Below, piece by piece: positions 1 to 10,100 of a DNA stretch of 64,000 nucleotides; within the stretch, counting starts at the first letter, position 1, and the number at the start of each line of letters is the position of its first letter. Below the pieces are notes generated by a model that ran no database searches, had not been told where the DNA came from, and was given only the letters and a program-made list of their open reading frames with translations. The stretch is from contig JAAWQR010000004.1 of the NCBI GenBank assembly GCA_022800625.1, positions 24,678 through 88,677 on the forward strand. The letters run 5' to 3'. The position numbers were made by a program, and so were the translations under genes. The stretch comes from Clostridiales bacterium. Its GTDB lineage: Bacteria > Bacillota > Clostridia > Oscillospirales > CAG-272.

Positions 1-1
1 G

Positions 2-286
2 ACTTTAGCATCTGCTGTTACAGGTCCGCTTGCAGTATGCGTATTCGATCTTAAAATGTACGGTGCGGCCATTAACTCGGGAATGGGCACATGCGGACTT
101 CTCGGTCCTGTCGGACTGCTTCTCGGCTGGCTGTCTCCCGAAAACGGATATAACGGAAACATAACGATTTTGAATTATGTCGGCGTTGCTCTGATATGCT
201 TTATTCTTCCGTCACTGCTGTCACTGTTATTTAATGAGATATTAAGAAAAATCGGTCTTGTAAAAGACGGTTATATGAAGCTGTAA
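2..286 (+). CDS. PTS EIIC-like membrane protein (PfoR/PTS_EIIC_2 type), C-terminal part, truncated by window start
   Basis: Frame open from base 2 (TLASAVTGPLAVCVFDLKMYGAAINSGMGTCGLLGPVG...GYMKL); the SGMGTCGLxGP motif and hydrophobic helices fit this family. Confidence 0.7.
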   Translation, partial: TLASAVTGPLAVCVFDLKMYGAAINSGMGTCGLLGPVGLLLGWLSPENGYNGNITILNYVGVALICFILPSLLSLLFNEILRKIGLVKDGYMKL

Positions 287-376
287 AACAAAATATATGA
301 GCCTTTTCAATAACTATTGATTATAGATTCCGAATAAGCTTCAAAAAATCCTATATGATAACCAACGCGATAGGTT

Positions 377-412
377 AAAAAATCCGTGCAGAAAAATTCT
401 GCACGGATTTTT
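377..412. terminator. Bidirectional intrinsic terminator
   Basis: aaaatccgtgcagaa/ttctgcacggatttt inverted repeat with A/T tracts between convergent genes. Confidence 0.85.
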
Positions 413-422
413 ACAAAGCATA

Positions 423-1406
423 TTATCTCTCCTCACGGAAATACGATTGACCGAGATGAGCCGGGGGCTGATGCTCCCGCTTTTTTCTCGCACTTATAAA
501 TACAAGCACAATTATTGTTACGACATATGGAAGCATTTTTATAAGCTCCCTTGTACTGTTAGTAAGATTCGGGATATAAGTACAAATGATATAAAGTCCT
601 CCGAAAATGAAGGAGCTGAAAATTGCCGATGCAGGCTTCCACAGTGCAAAGATTACGATTGCTATTGCAAGCCAGCCGCGGTCTCCGAATCCGTCGTTAG
701 TCCATGCTCCCGACGTATAGTCCATAACAAAGTAAAGACCGCCGAGACCTGCTACAGCTCCTCCGATCACCGTAGAAAGGTACTTATACTTCGTTACATT
801 TATGCCTGCCGCATCTGCCGTTGCAGGATTTTCTCCGACAGCACGCAGATTTAGTCCTGCTCGTGTGCGGTTTAAGAACCAAGAAGCGAGGATTGCTGTT
901 ATTACGGCAAGATATGTAAGAAAGCCGAACGAAAGGAATGTTTTTCCGAAAAGCCCAAGCTTATCTGCAAACGGAAGAGGAGTTTTATAAAAAGTTCCCG
1001 TAGTCAGGAGGGATATCGAACCGCCCTCTCCGAAAAAGCTGAGCAGAGAGCCGCCGTAAAAGTTTCCGATTCCGACACCGAAAGTAGTCAGTGCAAGACC
1101 TGTAACATTCTGATTTGCTCTGAGAGTAATTGTGAGAAAGCTGTATATCAAAGCCATAAGTCCCGCTCCGATAATCGTTGATAAAAACGGGATCAGGATA
1201 CATAGGATAGCTGCAGGATTTTCTGTAGAGCGCTCATAAAGATATCCGCCTATAATTCCCGAAATTCCACCGACATACATGATTCCGGGGATACCCAAAT
1301 TGAGGTTACCGCTTTTTTCCGTAATTATTTCACCGACCGCGCCGTAAAGCAGGGGAATTCCCTGAATGATCGCAGCCGTTATAAATGACGCTATAGTGCC
1401 TATCAT
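423..1406 (-). CDS. Nucleoside/purine ABC transporter permease (CUT2/BMP system, second permease)
   Basis: GEIITEKSGNLNLGIPG, ANQNVTGLAL, GLNLRAVGENP..ADAAGINV, GWLAIAIVIF motifs; operon context. Confidence 0.9.
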   Translation of the reverse strand: MIGTIASFITAAIIQGIPLLYGAVGEIITEKSGNLNLGIPGIMYVGGISGIIGGYLYERSTENPAAILCILIPFLSTIIGAGLMALIYSFLTITLRANQNVTGLALTTFGVGIGNFYGGSLLSFFGEGGSISLLTTGTFYKTPLPFADKLGLFGKTFLSFGFLTYLAVITAILASWFLNRTRAGLNLRAVGENPATADAAGINVTKYKYLSTVIGGAVAGLGGLYFVMDYTSGAWTNDGFGDRGWLAIAIVIFALWKPASAIFSSFIFGGLYIICTYIPNLTNSTRELIKMLPYVVTIIVLVFISARKKREHQPPAHLGQSYFREER

Positions 1407-2542
1407 TTTGCCGCCTCCTCAATTTTTTCAGCCTCTGTTATTTTTTTACCGAACGAAAAGTTTATTTTATAGTTTACAAAGAACTCACAGCCGATAATAA
1501 AGAATAAGATTATTCCCGTAAGAATATCGGAAATACTCTGATTGAGTCTCAGCGTTGTCGCAATCTGCCCTGCACCGCGCTGCAAAAATACGATGAGGAA
1601 CGACGTAAGCATCATTATTATTGGGTTGAATTTAGCAAGCCACGACACCATGATCGCCGTAAAGCCGTTTCCCCCGGCAGTCGACGTAGTTATGGTGTGA
1701 TTCGTTCCTGCCACCAGAAGAAGTCCGGCAACACCGCAAAGAGCGCCTGAAAACATCATTGTACGGATAATAACATGCTTAACATTTATTCCGATATAGC
1801 GAGCGGTATTTTCACTTTCACCTACGACTGCTATTTCATATCCGTGCTTGCTGAACTTCAAATATACAAACATTGCGACTGTCAGAAGGACTACAATAAT
1901 TATATTAAAAAGATATTTTTGACCGAAAATTTCGGGAAACCAACCGATTTTTGATGCGCGGTTTATGACTCCCATCGTCATTGAACCGTTCGGAACCCAA
2001 ACCATGATGGCAAACGATACAAACTGAATTGCAACATAGTTCATCATCAGAGTAAAAAGTGTTTCGTTTGTATTCCATTTTGCTTTAAAAAATGCGGGAA
2101 TCAGCGCCCATATCATTCCGCTTACAATGCTTGCAATCGCCATGATAAGAATGAGAATCGGCGTGGGGAATCTGTCGCCTGCATAAAACATACACGCAGC
2201 AGAAGCCAGCGCACCCATCAAAACCTGACCTTCAGCTCCGATATTCCAGAATTTCATCTTGAAAGCAGGTGTAACAGCAAGAGAAATGCAGAGCAGAATC
2301 GCAGTGCTTTGTAGTGTATTCCACACTTTTCTGGAGCTGCCGAATGTTCCGTCTATCATTGAAGCATAAACCTTGATCGGATTATATCCTGTAAGTGCAA
2401 CTACCACTATCGCACACACAAGGAGAGCAATTATAACAGCTGCAATACGTATGAGCCACGCTTTCCACCAAACAATCGCATCGCGCTTTGTAATATGTAT
2501 AAACGGTTCATGCTTTTTCTTATTCGCCGCCATTATCCTCAC
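1403..2542 (-). CDS. Nucleoside/purine ABC transporter permease (first permease)
   Basis: WNIGAEGQ, NETLFTLMMNYVA, GYEIAVVGES..ARYIGIN, GFTAIMVSWLA motifs. Confidence 0.9.
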   Translation of the reverse strand: MRIMAANKKKHEPFIHITKRDAIVWWKAWLIRIAAVIIALLVCAIVVVALTGYNPIKVYASMIDGTFGSSRKVWNTLQSTAILLCISLAVTPAFKMKFWNIGAEGQVLMGALASAACMFYAGDRFPTPILILIMAIASIVSGMIWALIPAFFKAKWNTNETLFTLMMNYVAIQFVSFAIMVWVPNGSMTMGVINRASKIGWFPEIFGQKYLFNIIIVVLLTVAMFVYLKFSKHGYEIAVVGESENTARYIGINVKHVIIRTMMFSGALCGVAGLLLVAGTNHTITTSTAGGNGFTAIMVSWLAKFNPIIMMLTSFLIVFLQRGAGQIATTLRLNQSISDILTGIILFFIIGCEFFVNYKINFSFGKKITEAEKIEEAAK

Positions 2543-4058
2543 TCCTTTCTTTTCCCGTCATCAGAAGACCGATCTCCTCTTTAGTCGTATTTCTTCCGTC
2601 AACGATTCCCGTAACCCGTCCTCCTCCGATCACAAGAATACGGTCGCACAGCTCGATGAGTACGTCAAGATCCTCGCCTACATATATAACAGAGGATCCG
2701 TTTTTCTTTTGAGCATTAAGAAGATTATATATAGTATAAGATGAATTTATATCAAGTCCGCGAACGGGATATGCCGCCATAAGAACTGTAGGAGAAGACG
2801 ATATCTCACGTCCTACCAGTACTTTTTGGACGTTTCCGCCGGAAAGCCGTCTGACAGGTGTTGTCACGCTCGGAGTCACTACCTCAAGCTGAGCAACTAT
2901 TTCATCAGCCAGATTTTTCGGTTTCCTTTTCTCAAGGAATGCAGATTTTCCCGATCTGTAGCTTCTGAGCATCATATTGTCAACTATATCCATATTGCCA
3001 ACAAGGCCCATACCGAGTCTGTCTTCCGGGACAAATGAAAGTCTGACTCCCATCTCACGTATCTGGAGCGGAGATTTATCGCGGAGATCCTCCGACGCGC
3101 CGCTTTTCGGATCATTATAGATTATCTCACCTGATTCAAGGTGCTGAAGTCCTGCAATAGCTTCAAGCAGTTCTCTCTGACCGCTGCCTGCGATTCCCGC
3201 GATTCCGAGAATCTCTCCCGAATATGCGGTAAACGATACGTCATCGAGAAGCTTTATTCCGTCGCGGCTCATGCAGTTTATGTGGCTGACAGCAAGTCTG
3301 GGCTGCGAATTGGCAGGCATATCCCGTTCAATATTCAGCTCGATTTTCTTACCGACCATCATCTCGGTAAGCTCGCTCTCCGTTGTGGACGCAGTATCTA
3401 CAGTACCAACGTATTCTCCTTTTCTAAGAACAGAAACACGGTCGGACAGCTCCAGCACCTCATGAAGTTTATGAGTGATTATTATAATAGCTTTCCCGTC
3501 ATCTCTCATACGTCTCAGAATATCAAACAGAGAAGTTGTCTCCTGCGGCGTGAGCACGGCTGTAGGTTCATCAAGGATAAGTATATCGGCGCCGCGGTAT
3601 AAGACCTTGATTATCTCAACTGTCTGCTTTTCCGACACAGACATCTCGTATATCTTTTTTGAAGGATCGATATTAAAGCCGTATTTCTCACATATTTCAG
3701 CAACTTTTTTTGTCGCTGTTTTTATATCAAATTTTGATTTTTCATCAAGACCGAGAATAACATTCTGCGCCGCCGTGAAAATATCTACAAGCTTAAAGTG
3801 CTGGTGTATCATTCCTATCTTATATTCAAACGCTTCATGAGGTGAGTTTATCCTTACCTCATTTCCGCCTATAAATATTTGTCCCTCATCAGGATGATAA
3901 ATGCCGGAAATTATATTCATCAGCGTTGTTTTTCCGCTTCCGTTTTCACCGAGCAGGGAAAGTATCTCTCCCCGATTTACACTCAGGCTTACATTACGAT
4001 TGGCAACAACGGCGCCGAACCTTTTTGTAATGCCTTTAAGCTCAATTGCAGAAGTCAT
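2520..4058 (-). CDS. ABC transporter ATP-binding protein with two NBDs
   Basis: Walker A GENGSGKTT, ILDEPTAVL, second-domain LSGGNVQK and VPEDR. Confidence 0.95.
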   Translation of the reverse strand: MTSAIELKGITKRFGAVVANRNVSLSVNRGEILSLLGENGSGKTTLMNIISGIYHPDEGQIFIGGNEVRINSPHEAFEYKIGMIHQHFKLVDIFTAAQNVILGLDEKSKFDIKTATKKVAEICEKYGFNIDPSKKIYEMSVSEKQTVEIIKVLYRGADILILDEPTAVLTPQETTSLFDILRRMRDDGKAIIIITHKLHEVLELSDRVSVLRKGEYVGTVDTASTTESELTEMMVGKKIELNIERDMPANSQPRLAVSHINCMSRDGIKLLDDVSFTAYSGEILGIAGIAGSGQRELLEAIAGLQHLESGEIIYNDPKSGASEDLRDKSPLQIREMGVRLSFVPEDRLGMGLVGNMDIVDNMMLRSYRSGKSAFLEKRKPKNLADEIVAQLEVVTPSVTTPVRRLSGGNVQKVLVGREISSSPTVLMAAYPVRGLDINSSYTIYNLLNAQKKNGSSVIYVGEDLDVLIELCDRILVIGGGRVTGIVDGRNTTKEEIGLLMTGKERSEDNGGE

Positions 4059-4173
4059 CGAGCAGTACCGTACCTTTCTGAATATTTGTTTTAAAATGCG
4101 ATATAATCCCCATCTTTGCTAATCAAAAAAAGAAAACGCAGCCTTCGCTTTCTTTCGCCCATAAGAACAGGCA

Positions 4174-4206
4174 AGGCGGAACGCCGTCAAAAACGGCGCT
4201 CCGCCT
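4174..4206. other. GC-rich stem-loop between binding-protein and ATPase genes (probable mRNA stabiliser)
   Basis: aggcggaacgccgt-caaaa-acggcgctccgcct, 13 bp with one mismatch, no U-tract on the transcribed strand. Confidence 0.6.
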
Positions 4207-4222
4207 CCGTAAGCATTTAAGA

Positions 4223-5485
4223 TTATTTTTCTGTAATACCGTCAATATACTTAATATCGAAGTAAGGAGCGCTTCTCTCCTCTGATTCACGGAAGCAACC
4301 GTCTGAAATAACATTTGTATCAGGTTCAAAGTTAGGATCTGAAACAACGTCAGCCATATACTCAGTCAAATGCTCACCGTTTACGGTAAATTTAGATGTA
4401 TCAAATACTTTTATTTCTCCCGAAAGAAGCTTAGCCTTTGCTTCTTCAAGAGCTTCAGCAGTACCCTCAGCAGCTACAGCTTCGTTAAGTCCGAGGATCT
4501 GAACTGCGTCTTCCTTCATTGTATAGCACGTATCTGCAGCAACCTTTTCTCCTTTAACAGCAGCTTCAATAATCATCTGCATGTAAGGAGCCCAGTTGAT
4601 CTTTGAAGAAATAAGCGCAGTTGTCGGAGCCATTGACATTGTACTGATATTGTAAGCTACGTTCGGTACGCCTCTCTCCTCGCAAGCCTTAGGAGCACCC
4701 TCTGAATCGGCATGCTGGCTTATAAGAACGCATTTGTCGTCCATAAGTTTGTTTGCAGCCTCTTTTTCAAGTGCTATATCAAACCATGAGTTTGTATAAA
4801 CTACTTCCATCGTTGCAGATTCACAAACAGATCTTGCACCGAGGAAGAATGAGGTAAATCCGGAAACAACCTCAGCATAATTGAATGCGCCGACATAACC
4901 GATCTTTGCTTCGTCTGCCGTGATATCTCCTTTTTCGATCATTTCATTGAGCTTCATTCCTGCTGCAATACCTGCAAGGTATCTGCCCTCATAAATAGAT
5001 GCGAATGCGTTGTGGAAATTCTCGATTCCGGCAGTGTGAGCATTAACGCCTGTTGCATGATAGAACTGAACATCCTCAAATTCTTCAGCAGCCTGCATTA
5101 TAAAAGGCTCATGACCGAACGAATCGGCGAAAACAAGATCACATCCTGCGTCGGCAAGCTCTGCCGCAGCTTCATAGCACTCGTTGCCCTCAGGAACGTT
5201 TGATTTGAAAAGAACCTGACTGTCGGAAAGACCTACAGCCTCCTGCGCAGCCTTTGCCGCGTCCATAAAGTTCTTATCGTAGGTTGAGTTTTCATCATGG
5301 AGGAAGATAAATCCAACCTTAAAATCAGGATCAACTGACAGCTTCTCGCCGCTGCCTGTATTCTCTCCCGCTGTCTGTGTGTCCCCTGTTGCTTTAGCAT
5401 TCTCATCTGTTCCGCATGAAGCAAGTACAAAGCATGTGCTGAGCACCATAGCAAGCATGAGAACCACTGAAAGAATCTTCTTCAT
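4223..5485 (-). CDS. BMP-family ABC substrate-binding lipoprotein (purine nucleoside type)
   Basis: Signal peptide with lipobox VLAS-C; FADSFG, YEGRYLAGIAAG, IGYVGA, SQHADS motifs. Confidence 0.9.
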   Translation of the reverse strand: MKKILSVVLMLAMVLSTCFVLASCGTDENAKATGDTQTAGENTGSGEKLSVDPDFKVGFIFLHDENSTYDKNFMDAAKAAQEAVGLSDSQVLFKSNVPEGNECYEAAAELADAGCDLVFADSFGHEPFIMQAAEEFEDVQFYHATGVNAHTAGIENFHNAFASIYEGRYLAGIAAGMKLNEMIEKGDITADEAKIGYVGAFNYAEVVSGFTSFFLGARSVCESATMEVVYTNSWFDIALEKEAANKLMDDKCVLISQHADSEGAPKACEERGVPNVAYNISTMSMAPTTALISSKINWAPYMQMIIEAAVKGEKVAADTCYTMKEDAVQILGLNEAVAAEGTAEALEEAKAKLLSGEIKVFDTSKFTVNGEHLTEYMADVVSDPNFEPDTNVISDGCFRESEERSAPYFDIKYIDGITEK

Positions 5486-5555
5486 TTTGCATCTCCTTGC
5501 CTTTCGGCTTAAAATTTTATGTAAATTTTAATTACATACAAAAAAGTGTGCGAAA

Positions 5556-6158
5556 TCAATTGCGGAATTTAAGTCCTTCTTCGTAAGACATTGAATCAAT
5601 CAGTGCCAATGCCTCAACTCTTATACCTTCTGCGCGAAGCTTGTCCCCGCCGTGCTGAAATCCTTTTTCAATCTGCACAACACAACCCGCTAAATCGGCG
5701 TCGGCTGAGCGGATTATTTTAATAAGTCCTCTCATAGCTTCACCGTTTGCAAGAAAGTCATCAACTATCAAAACCGTGTCATTTTCGTTTATATAATCAG
5801 CGGAAACCGTAGCCGTATAATCGGAGTTATGCGTGTAAGAATGAACGCTCGCTGTCAGCATTTTGCCGTCCTGATTCAAGGCTTTTCTCTTTTTTGCAAA
5901 GACAAGCGGCACATTAAATACTGCCGCAACAGCGAATCCTATGGCAATACCGCTTGATTCCATCGTAAGAATCTTGGTGACTCCTGATTTGGCGAAGAGG
6001 CGTTTTACTTCCTCAGCCATTTCTATGGTAAACGCAGGATCGATCAACTGATTCAAAAACCCGCCTACATCAAGAATATTTCCTTTAAGAACTCTTCCTT
6101 CAGCTTTTATTTTTTCTTCAAGAGCCTTCATCAGTTTCCTCACGATCATTTTTAACAT
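5556..6158 (-). CDS. xpt: Xanthine phosphoribosyltransferase
   Basis: FLNQLID, ESSGIA, PRPP loop VLIVDDFLANG, IEKGFQHG. Confidence 0.9.
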   Translation of the reverse strand: MLKMIVRKLMKALEEKIKAEGRVLKGNILDVGGFLNQLIDPAFTIEMAEEVKRLFAKSGVTKILTMESSGIAIGFAVAAVFNVPLVFAKKRKALNQDGKMLTASVHSYTHNSDYTATVSADYINENDTVLIVDDFLANGEAMRGLIKIIRSADADLAGCVVQIEKGFQHGGDKLRAEGIRVEALALIDSMSYEEGLKFRN

Positions 6159-6208
6159 GCTTAAAATATTTTCACAAAGAGAACACAGAAACAGTCCCTC
6201 ATGTTCAC

Positions 6209-6237
6209 ATTATAAACGTATTTGGATAAAAAATCAA
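6209..6237 (-). promoter_or_regulatory. Sigma-A promoter for the xpt/ABC operon
   Basis: Minus strand TTGATT-17 nt-TATAAT (coordinates approximate). Confidence 0.55.
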
Positions 6238-6367
6238 GATGGCATAATATCCTAATTATAGTCACTATATCTGTGACTTCCTTGTCGTTTTTGACGCTAT
6301 CTCAAAATATTACGTCACATTTTGGTTCAAAATGTATAAATATGAATTCACATATTGGATGATATAT

Positions 6368-7114
6368 TCAAACAAGATGGAAAAGTCTCTGTATGACAGC
6401 CCAAAAAACAGGGATAATCAGTGCAGGAAGCATGTTTCCGACTCTCAGTTTTTTACCGAACAGAAGATTCACACCCACTCCGAATATGAGAACCGAACCG
6501 ACGGAGGAAATGTTCGATACGAGATTTCCGTCTCCCAGACTGTAAAGGTAAGGCTCGACAAGTCCCGCGCAGAGAGTAAAAGCTCCCTGATACAGAAACA
6601 TGGGAACAGCGGAGCAAAGTACACCGATTCCGAGCGTAGACGCAAAAATCATTGTTGAAATGAAATCAAGAATCGATTTTGTATAAAGTATCGAAGGATC
6701 GCCGTCAAGCGCATCCTTCAGCGGACCGACTATGGACATTGCTCCGATACATATAACAAGAGTTGCGCTCACAAATCCCTCAGTAAAATCGCCTGAATTC
6801 CTGAATATTTTCATTTCCCTGATCTTGTCGCCGAGCCCCTCAAGTCTCTCTTCAATATGAAGCAATTCGCCGATTACAGAGCCAAGTGCAAGCGACACGC
6901 ACATCAGCAGAATTCCGTTTGAAGAAAGCTTTCCGTCTTCTATCTTCAGCATCTCGCTGAGAGCGCCGCTGATACCGATAAATATTGTAGCAGTACCGAC
7001 AGAGCGCATCAAGGTCTCACGAAGCCTGTCGCTGATACCGCGCTTCAAAAATACGCCGAGCAGACTGCCGAGCAGTACTGCACCCGTATTTACTATTGTT
7101 CCGATTCCTGTCAC
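6368..7114 (-). CDS. DUF554 (YdfK-like) membrane protein
   Basis: GTIVNTGAVLLGS, CIGAMSIVG, TKSILD, GIGVLCSA motifs; GTG start at 7114 behind a GGAGG RBS preferred over the ORF-track ATG at 7144. Confidence 0.85.
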   Translation of the reverse strand: MTGIGTIVNTGAVLLGSLLGVFLKRGISDRLRETLMRSVGTATIFIGISGALSEMLKIEDGKLSSNGILLMCVSLALGSVIGELLHIEERLEGLGDKIREMKIFRNSGDFTEGFVSATLVICIGAMSIVGPLKDALDGDPSILYTKSILDFISTMIFASTLGIGVLCSAVPMFLYQGAFTLCAGLVEPYLYSLGDGNLVSNISSVGSVLIFGVGVNLLFGKKLRVGNMLPALIIPVFWAVIQRLFHLV

Positions 7115-7156
7115 CGAAAAACCTCCCGATAAACTGTTCTTCAATTTCCGAAAATT

Positions 7157-10100
7157 TTAAAACATGGACAGTTGATTTGTCCTTGACATTCCTGCGAGCG
7201 CGTTGTTGCGCTCAAGGATCTCCTGAACGGATTTGGACATTCCGGATTCTCTTTTTAAGTCATCGATCGAAAAGATATCACAATTTTCACGAGCGTTTAC
7301 GATACTTTCAGCAGCCGCCGAGCCGACACCGGGCAGAGAATCAAACGGAAGTCTGATCTTACCGTCCTCCGGCACATATTTGTGCGCGTCGGAGCTTCTG
7401 AAGTCAACGGGAAGGAATGAAAATCCTCTTTGGTAATACTCGTTTACAAGATTGAGCGCATCAAGCATATCGGCTTCTTTCTGCGATATATCAGCTCCCG
7501 GCCGCGACAGATTTTTGATAGTTTCAGATACATACTCCTTCCCTTTCATTACGACTTCCGCGTCAAAACCCGACGGAGCCGCCGTAAAGTATGCAGCATA
7601 AAACACAACCGGATAATATACCTTATACCATGCAAGTCGCAGCGCATCCATAACATAAGCTGCAGCATGAGCCTTCGGGAACATGTATTTTATCTTCTTA
7701 CATGAATCAATATACCAATCGGGTACGCCGTGCTCACGCATTTCCGCCTCATATTCGGGCTTCAAGCCTTTACCCTTTCTTACATCCTCCATGATTTTGA
7801 AGGCAAGACTTTTTTCAAGATCATGATTCTGAATGAGATAAAGCATAATATCGTCACGGCACCCTATAACGTCTTTAATAGTACATGTGCCGCTTTTTAT
7901 AAGCTCATCAGCATTTCCGAGCCAAACTCCCGTACCGTGGGTGAGTCCAGATATCTGAAGAAGATCGGCAAAGTTTTCAGGTCTTGCGTCCATCAAAACG
8001 CCTCGGATGAACCTTGTACCCATCTCAGGCAGTCCGAGTGTTCCCGTTTCGCTGTTTATCTGCTGAGACGTAACCCCGAGCGGCTCTGTTGAAGTAAACA
8101 GCTTATATACCTTTGGATCAGACATAGGAACATCAAGTATATTAGTACCTGAGTATTCTTCAAGTCTCTTATACTTGGTCGGAATATCGTGTCCGAGTAT
8201 GTCAAGCTTAAGTATCGTATCATGAAGATACTTAAACTCAAAGTGAGTTGTTACAATATCGGAATTCGGGTCGTCAGCAGGGTGTTGAATGGGACAGAAA
8301 TCATAAACCTCATATTCCGCCGGTACAACAATGATTCCGCCGGGATGCTGCCCTGTAGTTCTCTTTACACCTACACAGCCTGCAATCAGTCTCTCCATCT
8401 CCGCACGGTTTACCGATATTCCCTTTTCTTCAAGGTAGTGCGCGGTAAATCCGTATGCTGTTTTTGAAGCAAGCGTGCCTATCGTACCCGCCTTAAAAGC
8501 TTTTCCCGAACCGAAGAGCACCTCGGTAAATTTATGAGCGTCACCCTGAACGTCACCCGAAAAGTTAAGGTCGATATCAGGCGTTTTGTCGCCGTAGAAG
8601 CCGAGAAATGTTTCAAACGGAATGTCATGTCCGTCGCGGTACATCGGCTCACCGCAGTGCGGACAATTTTTTTCTTTCAAATCGAAGCCTGATTTTACAC
8701 CGGGCTGTTCTTCTTTAAAGGAATCAAAATCCGAGTACTTGCACTTAAGACATCTGTAATGCGGCGGCAGGGGATTTACTTTAGTAATACCTGCCATCGT
8801 TGCGGCAAAGGACGATCCGACAGAGCCGCGGGAGCCCACCTGATATCCTTTTTCCTCACTGTTTTCAACAAGCTTGCGCGCTATGATATACATTATCGCA
8901 AATCCGTTTTTGATTATCGAGCCAAGCTCTCGCTCAAGTCTTGAGCTTACCTGCTCGGGGAGCGGATCGCCGTACATCTCGCGGGCAAGGGCATGGCATT
9001 TCTCGGTCAGTTCTTCCTCTGCACCGTCGATGTGCGGAGGATAGTTTCCCTCGGGTATCGGTCTTATGACTTCAACCATATCCGCAATCTTTTTCGGATT
9101 TTCAATTACCACCTCACGCGCCGTCTCTTCACCGAGATAATCAAATTCCGCAAGCATTTCTTCCGTCGTGCGGAAGTAAAGCTTTGTTTCATGATCCGCA
9201 TCCTTAAATTTCATTCCCGATAAAAGGATACGTCTGTATATCTCATCCTCAGGATCAAGATAATGCGCGTCGCACGTCGCAACAACAGGCTTGTCGATCT
9301 TGCGCCCGATTTCGATTATACGCCTGTTCATATCTTTAAGCGCTTCAATGTCGGCAGCCTTTCCTTGTGCCACAAGAAATTCATTATTTACTATCGGCTG
9401 TATCTCAAGATAATCATAGAATGAAGCAATTTCAAGTATTTCATCTTCAGGCTTGTTATCAAGTATCGCACGGAACAATTCTCCCGCCTCGCAGGCAGAT
9501 CCGATAATAAGTCCTTCCCTAAGCTCCGAAAGCCTCGTTTTCGGAATCCTCGGATGTCTTCTGTAATATTTGAGGTATGAATCGGAGACAAGCTTATAGA
9601 GATTCTTAAGTCCGGTCTGATTTTTTGCAATAATAATCTGGTGATATGTACGGAGCTTCAGCGGATCCGCCTTTTCGCTCATTACATAATTCATTCGCGA
9701 AATATCGTAGATTCCCTCTTCTTTCATACGCGAGGACATTTTATCAAATATGAGAGCAAGCATCTCGGCGTCGTCAGACGCTCTGTGGTGATTGAAGTCT
9801 CCGAGTCTGTATAGCTCTGCAAGCGTATCAAGCTTATGATTTTTAGCATTGGGATTCACGTAATGCGACATCGCGACAGTATCAAGATACGGATTTTCAA
9901 ACGGCAGTCCGCACGCTTCAGCGTTAAATCTGATAAATCCTATATCAAATGCCGCATTGTGCGCTACAAGCATACGCTTACCGCAAAACTCAAAGAATTT
10001 CGGGAGAACCTCAGATATATCAGGCGCATCTGCTACCATATCATCGGTAATGCCTGTAAGTCTCACTATTTTTTCAGGGATAGGAACGCCCGGATTTACA

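Noticed and set aside
6159-6367. Purine riboswitch upstream of xpt
   Set aside because: The conserved core (ATATGG...GTTTCTACC) is not present on either strand, and the promoter leaves too short a leader.
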